DNA of 63,371 nt, filler included, from Welwitschia mirabilis (lineage: Eukaryota), in the NCBI GenBank assembly GCA_051453625.1. It is 7 parts of one record of this genome, joined end to end, with 100 filler letters (N's around TTAATTAATTAA, not from the genome) between each part and the next. Parts side by side here need not be neighbours in the genome. Positions count along the whole stretch, not along the records: positions 13,015 to 40,201 come from JBOZIK010000001.1; positions 40,302 to 48,851 come from JBOZIK010000001.1; positions 48,952 to 57,215 come from JBOZIK010000001.1; 4 more parts are not named here. The stretch is one strand, 5' to 3'. Below are positions 37,639 to 51,900 of this stretch, in pieces. Below the pieces are notes generated by a model that was not told where the DNA came from, did no database searches, and saw nothing but the letters and a program-made list of their open reading frames with translations. A program made the position numbers and the translations under genes. Every line of letters begins with the position of its first letter. Position 1 is the first letter of the stretch.

Positions 37639-40600
37639 TCAACTCCCAAGACTATATGCACATCTTAAAGTTTATAGGCGAAAAGCATGTCCAAAAATTC
37701 AAACAACCTGCAATTGAAGTTATATTCAAAGAAGAGTTCCTTGTGCATCCCATTCACAAAGCATATTGTATTTCTTATANNNNNNNNNNNNNNNNNNNNN
37801 NNNNNNNNNNNNNNNNNNNNNNNNNNNNNNNNNNNNNNNNNNNNNNNNNNNNNNNNNNNNNNNNNNNNNNNNNNNNNNNNNNNNNNNNNNNNNNNNNNNN
37901 NNNNNNNNNNNNNNNNNNNNNNNNNNNNNNNNNNNNNNNNNNNNNNNNNNNNNNNNNNNNNGCCAATCTTCAATTCCTACCTGTCTTTTCTTTAATATAT
38001 CCAAGTTTTCATTGTAGCAGCACCCTTGAGTCACAGAAAATATACTTAATGATGCTTTTAAGTGCAATGCAACAGTAAGTAGTGGGAAGTGATAAAAACA
38101 TTGTAATAGTATGTTCATGAATATATTTGGTGGATCAAAACAAAATGCTGATTCCATGAGTATCTTAGAACATAAAAATTATTATGGTTGCCTTTGGCTA
38201 TTAATGATAAAGTGGTCCTTAGTCTTACATCATGGCTTGTGTAGATAAGGTTAGGTTGAGAGTAGGTTGTCTATTGAAATTTAGCGTGTCTTAAGACTTA
38301 CTAGTTCTATATTTCAAATGCTTTGACATGTTCTTGTGAGTTTCTAGTAAGCCTTCAGACGTTATTAACTGGGTTTCGAGGTCTTATACAATCTGTTCTT
38401 CTAGGAAGTATTGTACATGTAGACACTTATGACCTCCTAAATGGAGGACAAGTGTCTCAGTAGTTGAACTACCATCCAATTGGCAAGAAACTAAGAATTA
38501 AAAATAATTCTTAGTGTTAAATGGAAGAGTATTTCTATGAAGCTTATGATAGGATCGATGGAAGTAAATGCTCAGTGTTAAATGTACATAGGGAAATTAT
38601 AAAACTGTAAAAAGCCCATTTTCATAATTTTTCATAAATAAAACCCAAGAATTCAAAGGGAAGATTCCTATTTTACCCTAAATCGATCTACTTAGTAGTC
38701 ATATAGTTCTTCTTTTTTCTTTTTTTTAATTTCACATTACAATCTTGTGAATGGCATCAAAGGATGGTAGTTTGGAAAGGATTCATTTATTCTTGGAAAA
38801 CAAATCTAGACAAAAAGAAAGTGTACAATTAAAAGTCATGATCCTAATACTGATATTAACTAGAAGGTAAAATTACATACTTATAGTACTATGTATATGA
38901 ACTACATTCAAATTGTAGCAAGACATGAAGAACTCTAAAAATTTTATTACCTATATAAATATCATACATTTAATCTCAGATAAACATATCGTAGTGAAAT
39001 CTTGATAAGACCAGTAAGCCATGAAAGTCAAATATATATTTTTATGAGGGGATTTAATGGAAGTGATAAAGAAGGAAGAGTATTTTGATAGTTTTGAAAA
39101 CATAGACGATAAAAATGTTTTTTATTGTTTTGTTCGAATCTTTATCAAAGGATATTGCCTTTTGCTACATTTTTTATAAATCCATGACTATCTTTCCTAA
39201 ATAATAAGCTTTATAGCTAAACTTAACACAAATTTTAAACTGCAAAGCACTCAGGTTTTACATGCTTTTTCAAAATCCTCTATCCTAGTGGAGGTCTTAC
39301 ATCCATTTTTCATAATCGCTACTTTAGATATTGAATATTTTGATCATCATTATCTCGTCTTTATTGTTTGGAACACCAAATTTCGATCCACATACATTCA
39401 GGTATATTGAAACTTCTTGTTGGCTCAAGTTGGAGAACGTTCTATTCATTTTTTAGATATTGGAGTGAAACAATGTTGTTTGGTTCCATTTTGAAATTAG
39501 TAACTCTTTCACCACTTAATGGCGTTCCTTACACATCACTTTGTAAAGATAAATTTGCAGCATAGGAAGGAGAATTAAAACCTAAGGCAGGTAACGCAAG
39601 TTATATTCACAAATTTACATACTATACTCTCACAAGATATTGCTACTCGGGAGATGTGATTAAGAATCTTTTAGCACTCAAAAAGAAAGAGACTTAGGAG
39701 AAATAACAATCTCATACCAGGAAAAAAACTGTTGCTATTTCTTTAACAGCTAATCCCTTTTCCTCAACCTCTAACCAGACATTAGATTCCTTCAATTTGA
39801 TGGCATAAGCATTTTTTAAGTTAAAAGAAAAACAATAAAAAGGAGGACTGGTTGAAGGATCCTTTCCTTTTAGGGCATCTAAAAATGCTTTTTTGAATTC
39901 TAATGTTATCAACTTGAGTGTAAAGTAGAAGGATTTCATTGGAACAATGCGATAAAAAATAATATTTGCAAAAATAAATAGTCCAACAAAATTTACGTTA
40001 CTCTTTATATTCAATTACTAATTAATTTTGATTTTGCTACTTCATTCTCAAATAATAAGGTTACTGCTATTAGCAAGATGGAATGTGAATTTGGGAATGA
40101 TTCAAGAAACAAAGCAAAGGCCTCATCCCCTTCTTAATAGTGTGAATTCTTTTGTAAAATCCTTAGGCCCTTACAAATAGATTCAATCTAAGACTATTGG
40201 ANNNNNNNNNNNNNNNNNNNNNNNNNNNNNNNNNNNNNNNNNNNNTTAATTAATTAANNNNNNNNNNNNNNNNNNNNNNNNNNNNNNNNNNNNNNNNNNN
40301 NAACGATTGTCAAATTAAATTCCTGCATGAGGATGATTCATCTAATCAATCTAACACTTGAATATTTCTTAGTCATAAGTATTAAATTGTAGCATGGTTG
40401 GTATAAAAATTTGTATAAAAGCCTAGAAGATAATGTCTAAGTATATCAAGGAAAAAGATAATCACTAACATTTTTTTCTCTGTAGTAGTATAATTCATTT
40501 GAGTTCTAGATAGAGTTTTACTATGATAAGATATAATTTTAAAATCATTTTCATACTTTTGNNNNNNNNNNNNNNNNNNNNNNNNNNNNNNNNNNNNNNN

Positions 40601-40987
40601 NNNNNNNNNNNNNNNNNNNNNNNNNNNNNNNNNNNNNNNNNNNNNNNNNNNNNNNNNNNNNNNNNNNNNNNNNNNNNNNNNNNNNNNNNNNNNNNNNNNN
40701 NNNNNNNNNNNNNNNNNNNNNNNNNNNNNNNNNNNNNNNNNNNNNNNNNNNNNNNNNNNNNNNNNNNNNNNNNNNNNNNNNNNNNNNNNNNNNNNNNNNN
40801 NNNNNNNNNNNNNNNNNNNNNNNNNNNNNNNNNNNNNNNNNNNNNNNNNNNNNNNNNNNNNNNNNNNNNNNNNNNNNNNNNNNNNNNNNNNNNNNNNNNN
40901 NNNNNNNNNNNNNNNNNNNNNNNNNNNNNNNNNNNNNNNNNNNNNNNNNNNNNNNNNNNNNNNNNNNNNNNNNNNNNNNNNNNNNNN

Positions 40988-43900
40988 TTTTTAAGATTTA
41001 TTTAAAACTTTTAGCATAGATAGAGAATTCATCCATAAAAATTTCTATTGAATTCTATACCATATCAGAAAAGATACCCATCATTACATGTTAAAACGTA
41101 CTAGGAGCATTGCAAAGTCTAAAAGGCATGCATTGAAAAGCAAAAGTACCAAAAGATAAAGTGAAAGTGGTCTTATCCTAATCCTCACTAGCAACACAAA
41201 CTTAATTATAACCACTATANNNNNNNNNNNNNNNNNNNNNNNNNNNNNNNNNNNNNNNNNNNNNNNNNNNNNNNNNNNNNNNNNNNNNNNNNNNNNNNNN
41301 NNNNNNNNNNNNNNNNNNNNNNNNNNNNNNNNNNNNNNNNNNNNNNNNNNNNNNNNNNNNNNNNNNNNNNNNNNNNNNNNNNNNNNNNNNNNNNNNNNNN
41401 NNNNNNNNNNNNNNNNNNNNNNNNNNNNNNNNNNNNNNNNNNNNNNNNNNNNNNNNNNNNNNNNNNNNNNNNNNNNNNNNNNNNNNNNNNNNNNNNNNNN
41501 NNNNNNNNNNNNNNNNNNNNNNNNNNNNNNNNNNNNNNNNNNNNNNNNNNNNNNNNNNNNNNNNNNNNNNNNNNNNNNNNNNNNNNNNNNNNNNNNNNNN
41601 NNNNNNNNNNNNNNNNNNNNNNNNNNNNNNNNNNNNNNNNNNNNNNNNNNNNNNNNNNNNNNNNNNNNNNNNNNNNNNNNNNNNNNNNGATCCTCACTAG
41701 CAACACAAACTTAATTACAACCACTATATCCATCAAGAAATAATAAAAAGCATGTCCTTGTATTCTATCAAGTATTTGATCAAGAAAAGGAAAAGGACAA
41801 TGGTCTTTTTTAGTTATTTTATTTAATTTTCTAATGTCAATAAACATCCTCAATTTTTCATCTTTCTTAGCTACTACCATCAAAGGGCTAACCCACTCAC
41901 TATCAGCTTTAGCATAAATGATTTTAGCGTCCATTAACTTAATGATTTCATCTGTTACAACTTGCNNNNNNNNNNNNNNNNNNNNNNNNNNNNNNNNNNN
42001 NNNNNNNNNNNNNNNNNNNNNNNNNNNNNNNNNNNNNNNNNNNNNNNNNNNNNNNNNNNNNNNNNACTTAATGATTTCATCTTTTACAACTTGCTTAAGG
42101 TCTAGATTAAGTCTACATTAGGGTTGCCTAATAGGTTTTTCATTATCCTCAAGGTAAATTTTATGTTAAACAATTAAAGTAGGAATGGCTATTAAATCTT
42201 TATTTGATCAAAAAAACACATTTACCTTAGATTACAAAAGTGATATTAAGCTCGATTCATGTTGAGGAGAAAGATTTTCATTGATTATTAAAGGNNNNNN
42301 NNNNNNNNNNNNNNNNNNNNNNNNNNNNNNNNNNNNNNNNNNNNNNNNNNNNNNNNNNNNNNNNNNNNNNNNNNNNNNNNNNNNNNNNNNNNNNNNNNNN
42401 NNNNNNNNNNNNNNNNNNNNNNNNNNNNNNNNNNNNNNNNNNNNNNNNNNNNNNNNNNNNNNNNNNNNNNNNNNNNNNNNNNNNNNNNNNNNNNNNNNNN
42501 NNNNNNNNNNNNNNNNNNNNNNNNNNNNNNNNNNNNNNNNNNNNNNNNNNNNNNNNNNNNNNNNNNNNNNNNNNNNNNNNNNNNNNNNNNNNNNNNNNNN
42601 NNNNNNNNNNNNNNNNNNNNNNNNNNNNNNNNNNNNNNNNNNNNNNNNNNNNNNNNNNNNNNNNNNNNNNNNNNNNNNNNNNNNNNNNNNNNNNNNNNNN
42701 NNNNNNNNNNNNNNNNNNNNNNNNNNNNNNNNNNNNNNNNNNNNNNNNNNNNNNNNNNNNNNNNNNNNNNNNNNNNNNNNNNNNNNNNNNNNNNNNNNNN
42801 NNNNNNNNNNNNNNNNNNNNNNNNNNNNNNNNNNNNNNNNNNNNNNNNNNNNNNNNNNNNNNNNNNNNNNNNNNNNNNNNNNNNNNNNNNNNNNNNNNNN
42901 NNNNNNNNNNNNNNNNNNNNNNNNNNNNNNNNNNNNNNNNNNNNNNNNNNNNNNNNNNNNNNNNNNNNNNNNNNNNNNNNNNNNNNNNNNNNNNNNNNNN
43001 NNNNNNNNNNNNNNNNNNNNNNNNNNNNNNNNNNNNNNNNNNNNNNNNNNNNNNNNNNNNNNNNNNNNNNNNNNNNNNNNNNNNNNNNNNNNNNNNNNNN
43101 NNNNNNNNNNNNNNNNNNNNNNNNNNNNNNNNNNNNNNNNNNNNNNNNNNNNNNNNNNNNNNNNNNNNNNNNNNNNNNNNNNNNNNNNNNNNNNNNNNNN
43201 NNNNNNNNNNNNNNNNNNNNNNNNNNGTATCTATAATACAATGAACTGTTGCACAAAAAGCTCTACCTTAAAGTAATGGATAATCATCATAATGTTTAAC
43301 TTCAATCACAATCACATCAATAGTGTAGAATGCTTCTTCTATTTGAATTACTAAATTTCTAATCATGCCTAAAGGTTTTTTAACTTATGTATATACTAAT
43401 TATAAGATAATATTTATAGGCTCTATTCTACATTCCAACCTAGATTATTAACAAATATGTAAGGGCATAATGTTAACACTTGCTTCTATATTAGTTAAGA
43501 CTATCTTGTTTTTTTATTTTCTTCCAAAGTAATACTAATANNNNNNNNNNNNNNNNNNNNNNNNNNNNNNNNNNNNNNNNNNNNNNNNNNNNNNNNNNNN
43601 NNNNNNNNNNNNNNNNNNNNNNNNNNNNNNNNNNNNNNNNNNNNNNNNNNNNNNNNNNNNNNNNNNNNNNNNNNNNNNNNNNNNNNNNNNNNNNNNNNNN
43701 NNNNNNNNNNNNNNNNNNNNNNNNNNNNNNNNNNNNNNNNNNNNNNNNNNNNNNNNNNNNNNNNNNNNNNNNNNNNNNNNNNNNNNNNNNNNNNNNNNNN
43801 NNNNNNNNNNNNNNNNNNNNNNNNNNNNNNNNNNNNNNNNNNNNNNNNNNNNNNNNNNNNNNNNNNNNNNNNNNNNNNNNNNNNNNNNNNNNNNNNNNNN

Positions 43901-46900
43901 NNNNNNNNNNNNNNNNNNNNNNNNNNNNNNNNNNNNNNNNNNNNNNNNNNNNNNNNNNNNNNNNNNNNNNNNNNNNNNNNNNNNNNNNNNNNNNNNNNNN
44001 NNNNNNNNNNNNNNNNNNNNNNNNNNNNNNNNNNNNNNNNNNNNNNNNNNNNNNNNNNNNNNNNNNNNNNNNNNNNNNNNNNNNNNNNNNNNNNNNNNNN
44101 NNNNNNNNNNNNNNNNNNNNNNNNNNNNNNNNNNNNNNNNNNNNNNNNNNNNNNNNNNNNNNNNNNNNNNNNNNNNNNNNNNNNACTAGGAATACTTTAC
44201 TAAGAATAGTTCATTTTTGTTTCCTACTAATCAAATCTTTTCACAACTTAGAATATTTAAGATTTTCTTGCAAAAGTTTCCAAAATCATAAATTTATTCT
44301 CACATTTGGAATTAAGGCTTTAAGATGTTTATCAATAGTAGGATTAGTTTTTAATCTATCAAGCCAAGGAGTAGCAGGTTTCTTACCTTCTTTGTGAGAA
44401 GAATTTTTCTTTTTATTATTTAAAGGAGAAGGGAAAGAATGATTTTCTAAAATTTTTATATCCTCTTCTTCCTCATCATTTTTAACATTTTAAAATGTTA
44501 AATCCTCATAGGTAGGAGGTATTATCTCATTTCCATTTGTTATCATAATCTTACAATCTTTCTTAACTTCATTAGGGTTTGGTGTAGGTTGTATGGCAAG
44601 TGATCTTATGGTCTTTGATTAGTAAGCATAGTTTATTATGAAATACTAAAAAGATTTTCAATGTTAGAATTTGTTCTTTTTTAGGTTTTTCTCAACTCAT
44701 NNNNNNNNNNNNNNNNNNNNNNNNNNNNNNNNNNNNNNNNNNNNNNNNNNNNNNNNNNNNNNNNNNNNNNNNNNNNNNNNNNNNNNNNNNNNNNNNNNNN
44801 TTTTTTAGGTTTTTCTAAACTCATCAATGGAATTCTTAAGTGGGTCACTTTGATTTTTTGAGTTGAATAAGCTTGCTTGATTATTAGAATTGTTTGATTA
44901 AAAATTTATATTTTCAAATATTTTTTGAAATGGTTGGAAATTACGATGATTTATTTAAATTTTTTTGAAATTTGATTATCCATTCATCCTAGGTTAAGAA
45001 TTGTTTTAATTTTGGATTTGAATTTGGTTTTTATTTTGATTTTAATTTTTAAAGTTTGAAGACCTTTGATTAAAAGCATACACTTCTTAATAAATCCTTT
45101 CTTTATAGGTAGGTAATAAAGGACAATCTTTCATTACATGGTAGTTGTCCATAAATCACAAGTTGGAGCTATAGCCATACTTTTTTCCATTGTCATCTTT
45201 GAATCTAAGATTTTTTGAGTGTATTTCTCTAAAGTTGAAATGAAATTCTTAATGATATTAGTAGGTTTTTTTTTTAGTTTTTAATTCCTTGTTGTCTTTC
45301 TTAGGCCAAGTTTGACTCACTTTTACTAATTCTTCCAATACTCTCCAAACATTTTCTAATGTAAGATTCATTAAAGTTTTTACATAAGAAAAATTGAAAA
45401 ATTACTTAATTTATCTATTAAATCCACTATAAAAGTAGTGTATTAATTCTTCTTGAGAAAAACCATCTATATGATTTGAATGTAAAGCAACAAAAAATCT
45501 CTCATAGGTGGAGGCGTAATCTTCATTAGGCTACTGTTGAAAGTTCGTTACTTATTTTTTATGTTTTCTTATATTTGTTTCATTCATGAATATCTTTATA
45601 AAAGCTTCTTAAACTTGAATTCATGTTTTTAGACTCTTATGTGGAATTATTCTCAATCAAATTTTAGATTTTCCTTTCAAAGTGCTGGGAAAAATTACCA
45701 TATAAGTATGATCACTTATTTTTTTCTTACCATTTCTGGACATAAGTACTAACTGTTCAATGTCAACAATATGTTGCAAAGGATATTCATTGTTTTCACC
45801 AGTAAAAATGGGATAAGCATTTAAATTCCTAAGTTCAATATCATTACCAAGACGTGAATTAACAAGGGTTTGGATTTCACCTTTTTTATTAGCTATAAGC
45901 TATCTAAGGATAACATTAACATTAGGATTTATGGGTGTAATTGTAGGGATTCCAATAATAATAAACGGATTAGGTGAAGTAACATGTTTTTGCTTTTGTG
46001 ATGAACTAGAGATAATTAAAAAATGATTTCCTTCTACATAATCTTCTGAAAAATGTTTCTTTGCAAAACTAGATTCTTAAATAATAAATGTAGAAATTGA
46101 AATTTCTAAAATATTTTACATACATTTGACGTGCATATTTGAGTAAAATTCAAAGTTAATCAAATGTTTTTAGATATTTTCCTCTANNNNNNNNNNNNNN
46201 NNNNNNNNNNNNNNNNNNNNNNNNNNNNNNNNNNNNNNNNNNNNNNNNNNNNNNNNNNNNNNNNNNNNNNNNNNNNNNNNNNNNNNAGTTACTTCATTTT
46301 TATATTTTCTAATGATAGTTTCACTTATGAATCTCTTAGTGAAAACTTTTTAAACTTGACTCTATGATTTTAAACTTTTATGTGAAATCATTTTTAACCA
46401 AAGTTTAGCTTTATCTTTTAAAGTTATGGAAAAATAATCAAATAAGTTCTATCACTTATTTTTTTCTTACCATTTTCTAAAGTGAGCACTAACTATTCAA
46501 TGTCGGCAATGTATTATAAAGGATCTTTATCATGTTCACCACTAAAAATGGGATAAGAATTTAAATTCCTAAGTTTGACATTATTACCAAGAGGTAAACA
46601 AAAAGGGGTTTGTCTTTAACATTTTTTATTAGCAATTAGATCTCTAAGCATGACATTGGTATTAGGGTTTATAGATGTATTCGTAGGGGTTCTAATAATA
46701 AAGGGAAGATTAGGAAAAGTAACTTGCTTTTGCTTTTGTAATAAACTAAACATATTTAAAAATTGATTTTCTTCTAAACTATCATTAAAATAATCTTTTA
46801 AAAATTTTTCTTTTACAAAATTAGATTCTAAAGAAATAAATGTAGAAATTTATAGAATTTTTAAAACTTACATACCTTAGGTGTGTGTACTTGAGTTAAA

Positions 46901-48851
46901 TGTGAAGTCAATCAAACCATCCTAGATGTTTTCCTCTATGAACAACCGCTCTCTCTGATATTTCTTTTTTTTATCAGATTTATCATGTCCTCACATGCTC
47001 AGTTTTTATGTTTAGTTCATGTCATTCCTATGGTCATCTGAATGATATGTCTGGATGATAGAACACATAGAAAACACAAAAAATGAAAAAAACATAGAAA
47101 ATAGAAGCATGAAATAATAGATACTAAAAATACTAAAAATAGACTGTTATCCTCCTGAGTTATCTAGACAACATAGGAGATGATAGGAAAAATCTAATTT
47201 TTAAGTAAAGTGAAAACTCAAGGCACATAGGCCATTGATGGAGCAGATGATAGAGCATTTATTTTAGAATGCAAAAAAAAAACTACAGAAAGGAAAAAAA
47301 ACTATGCTACTATAGTAAAAAGTATAGTGCTATTACAAGAAAATATTTGAACTAATATCCAAATACTCACATGAGAAATGACAATCCTCAAACTCCAAGT
47401 ATCCTTCTTCAGTAATTATGCCAAGATGTCACAATGCGTCTTTGTGCAAACGATACTCTTCAAAGAAGATCTTATCATCTATAAATAGATATAGATTTTG
47501 CATAGCATAACACACTAATATAGATGGGAGTGAATCCAAATGTCATATTCTCATTAAATGCNNNNNNNNNNNNNNNNNNNNNNNNNNNNNNNNNNNNNNN
47601 NNNNNNNNNNNNNNNNNNNNNNNNNNNNNNNNNNNNNNNNNNNNNNNNNNNNNNNNNNNNNAAATAGATATAGATTTTGCATAGCAAAACACACTAATAT
47701 AGATGGGAGTGAATCCAAATGTAATATTCTCATTAAATGCATAGGTGAGAAGAGTGAGAATTAATTTCAAGATGAAATACTTACATATCTTTTAAGCATA
47801 ATGAAAGAACAATGTAGAAAATAATAATGCAAATATACTTATTCAAATTAATGCAAATCTAAGTTAAGTATAACTTCATCTAATTACTGAATCAATCTGT
47901 CGCAGAGATCGGTCCTGTATAACTTAGATTAATTAAGAAATGCTATCACTAGATTAAGACCCTCCTAAGCTATTAGGTATGTCAAACAAAATATAAAACT
48001 ATGTNNNNNNNNNNNNNNNNNNNNNNNNNNNNNNNNNNNNNNNNNNNNNNNNNNNNNNNNNNNNNNNNNNNNNNNNNNNNNNNNNNNNNNNNNNNNNNNN
48101 NNNNTACTAGGTGTGTCAAACAAAATATAAAACTATGTAAAGTTAATCTAGAAAAGAAACACTATACACCTAAACTAATAATGGTTAATCTTAACAAAGG
48201 TTACCCTCATAATCTATATCACTAAAATAAGCTATCACAAAATTAGAAGTAATATAACTATAATACTCTTTGAATTAGATTTAAACCAACATCCATGGTA
48301 AAAAGTAGCTACACCTTAATGGAGGAAGCACAACATAACACTAAGGAAGATGTCTTTCTATAACTATAATGGATGGATCTTTGATCCTTCGATCTCCTGT
48401 CACAAGAATTTCTAATGTAAACAAAGGCAAACAGGAATAAAGTGTGGAGTTGGTATTTATTAACTAAGGCCAACTTACAAACAAACAAGATAAACAGATG
48501 AAAGCATAACCCTAACAACTATGTAAGAAACACAGAGAAAAATGGCCAAAGGTAGGTAAAGTTTAGTGAAGTGTTATTTTAGATGTCATCTTACTGGTCA
48601 TCCAGATGATATAGGAGAAGATGTTAATTCATAAAAATTCAATATCATCTGCCAGATTAATTCTAGTGAGCATCTTCATTGGCTTAATTGTTTTATCATT
48701 TGTATAGTCATCTAGATAATGAGGTGGATGGTAGGCTTTTTACAAGTGTTCATGTAATGCATTGACCTTAATGTTTACAAGAAGTTTACTTCAAAATAGG
48801 AAATATTATAAACTACTTTAAATGCTATAAAATGTCATAAAGATTGCACAT
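40988..48851 (-). mobile_element. Decayed Ty3/gypsy element (Athila-like): RT, protease, gag, probable PBS and 5' LTR
   Basis: RT SEWVSPLMVVAKK...IDIRKLNKITKKDH.P.PFLDQIL at 41690-41950. Protease (ASVNIMP) near 43470. gag (YPIFTGE..PLQHI) near 45700-45850. Eroded PBS-like site near 47407-47423, with LTR-like sequence beyond. Many gaps; boundaries approximate. Confidence 0.8.
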
Positions 48852-48951
48852 NNNNNNNNNNNNNNNNNNNNNNNNNNNNNNNNNNNNNNNNNNNNTTAAT
48901 TAATTAANNNNNNNNNNNNNNNNNNNNNNNNNNNNNNNNNNNNNNNNNNNN

Positions 48952-51900
48952 ATGTACTTTTTCCTAAAGGATAAGGAATTTATAGATCTAATAAAGTCTA
49001 TTCCCTAAACATTAAAGGGTTTAACTATTTGAATCTATTATTATGACATTTCTAACCTTTAGTTAAATGTACCTTTTTGCTATCATTTATCATAACTTTG
49101 AACATACTTATTTGCATCTTTGAAGATGATGAACTAATAATATCCCATATGGAGGATTTTCATGCCTGTTCTTTTTGCACCATAATGTCCTCCTCGTTTT
49201 CCTTCACGGGCTTCTTTTAAAGTCTTCTCTTTTAATTTTTCATCTATACATCTTCTGATGNNNNNNNNNNNNNNNNNNNNNNNNNNNNNNNNNNNNNNNN
49301 NNNNNNNNNNNNNNNNNNNNNNNNNNNNNNNNNNNNNNNNNNNNNNNNNNNNNNNNNNNNTTTCATTCCTGTTCTTTTTGCACCATAATGTCCTCCTCTT
49401 TTTCCTTCATGGGCTTCTTTTAAAGTCTCCTCTTTTAATTTTTTATCTATACATCTTCTGATGACATGGTCTTTGCATTTTCTGAATAACATTTTATCAT
49501 GTCAAATATAATCTTTAGATTCCCTAAATAATTGTTTTCTCTCATAATAAGTTATAAAAGATGGTAATCTTTTACTTATAAGAAAGTTAGTAATGTTAGC
49601 CTATTATTTGATCTACTCTTTATCTGGAAAATCTAACTTTGATAGGTGATCTACTACCACAACCTTTGCTCCTTTTCTATCAAATATTTTTAATTAAACT
49701 CTTGCATTAATGATATTCATTCCATAATTCATGAGCTTTCTTCTTTTTTATTCATTCGAAATCTAATGGCACTATGTCAGTATGAACTTTTACTTCATAA
49801 CTGAATATATAATGTCTAAATTTCTCTACTGTCATCACTACTACTAACATTTCCTTTTCTATTATTGTATAATTTTGTTAAACTGGGTTGAAGTTCTTAC
49901 TTATTTATGCAATGGCATAAGATTGGTTGTCATCATATTTTTATCCTAAAACTACTTCCATAGCATGCTTAGATGCATTAGTTATAATGCAGAATGATCT
50001 TGTCCAATTTGGCCCCTACAAAATAGGTGTTGATAAAAGCTTATCTTTTATAGTTTGGTAGGCATTCTGACATTTCTCAATCTAATCATATTTCACATCT
50101 TTTTGTAGGAGACTCATCAAAGGTTTAGCAATTTTACTAAAGTTGGATATAAATGTTCTCTAATATTCAAAATATTCTAGAAATTATCTTAACTCTTTTA
50201 GTTTGGTTAAGGGAGGAATATCTTTGATAGCTTTAATTTTCTATTTCTCAGTTTTAATTCCTTTCTTAGATATTTTGTGTTCCAACACTATGCCTTCTAT
50301 CATTATAAGATGAATTTTTGACCAACTAAGTATGAGACATTTTTATTTACATCTTTTAAAAACTTTTTTAATATTTTAAGTGATTCTTCAAAATCTTTCT
50401 GAATGTTGAGAAATCATCCATAAACACTTGGACTAATATTCCTCTCATGTCTTAAAAGATATTATTTACTAATCTCTAAAAAGTAGCAGGAGAATTACAT
50501 AGTTCAAATAAAAGTACTTTATATAAGTACCCCAATGAAAAGTGAAAGTTGTTTTGATTTAGTCTTATAAGGTTATAGGTACTTGATTTAACTACTATAC
50601 CCATCTAGGAAACTACAGTACTAATGTCTAAATACTCTTTCTAAAACTTGATTAATAAATAGTAGAGGAAAATGATCTTAACAGGTTGCTTTATTTAACA
50701 TTCTAAAATACATACATACTCTTCATTTATTTTCTTTCTTTGCTACTACTATTATAGGTCTAACCCATTCTAAATTAGATATGGAGTAGATAAATTCCAC
50801 CTTTAANNNNNNNNNNNNNNNNNNNNNNNNNNNNNNNNNNNNNNNNNNNNNNNNNNNNNNNNNNNNNNNNNNNNNNNNNNNNNNNNNNNNNNNNNNNNNN
50901 NNNNNNNNNNNNNNNNNNNNNNNNNNAAGATTCTTTTCGTTTGATTAACATTTTTATAACTCTTCTCTTCTAAGAATGATTTAAACAACTTTTTATGATT
51001 AAAGGTCTATTAGAAGCTATCTTAATATACTCTAATTCTTCTTTAAGAAGAGTTTTTTCTATTTATTTAATTGCTAGATATTCTTCTTCATATTTTTCTC
51101 ATTTTATTTGTTTAACTTTAGATTAAATTTCTGAGTTAAATTGCATTGGCTTTTGCCTTGGTATTTTGTACCATTTTGTTTAATAACTACTACATCAGAA
51201 AGTTAATTTCATTTTTAAGATCTCTAAGATTAATTTTAATTATCCCTCTTCTAGAGTAGATAGTAGCATTTGTAGTAGCCATGCACAGTCTTCCAAGAAT
51301 TACTCCATAGGTATCTTAAGTTTTCATAACCAATGAATCTATTAAATAAATAGTACCTTGGAGTTCTATAGGTATGTCCTTTAAAACTCCTTCTGTCATA
51401 ATTGCTGAGCCATCTACTAGATAAATTTTTCCTTGGTAAGGCATTATTTTTAGTTTTTGTAATTTCTCATAAGTTTCATAGGCCATCACATTAATACTTG
51501 CGTCAAAATCTACAANNNNNNNNNNCCATTTATTTTTGCATCAATCATAGGTGTTCCAAGATCACTTTATATTTCACGTTGTCTATTTTTAAAAAACTTG
51601 TATGAAAGCCCAAGAAACTTGGTCTTTTCTTACCATTTCAATTTATTTTTATTTATTACTCCTTTTTACTTTTCTATTTTGAGCACAAACTCTTCATTTA
51701 CTTCCAATACATAGGTACATCTTTTAACAATTTTAAGAGAGGTATTATTATCTTTGTATCTTTTAATATTCTAGTTAAGTATTCCGTATCTTTTTCAACT
51801 TTGGAATGTTCTAATTTTTTCCTTCTCATAGAAAAGGATAAATAATCTAATGAATTATTATTCATAGTTTTTTTTTTTAGTCTCTTCCTCTTTTTTATCT

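Noticed and set aside
40246..40257. Recurrent palindromic TTAATTAATTAA (six copies) resembling a dispersed motif or recognition site
   Set aside because: Always embedded as N44-12mer-N44 = 100 bp with stops in all six frames, so it is an assembly linker and not biology
42281..43276. Long ORFs in the track (331 aa, 326 aa and similar)
   Set aside because: Composed almost entirely of X from N gaps
47479..49460. Near-identical direct repeats flanking ~100-N gaps (also at about 33216-33405, 41935-42093, 44678-44824)
   Set aside because: The pattern is systematically tied to 100-N gaps, so these are most likely overlap or haplotype artefacts
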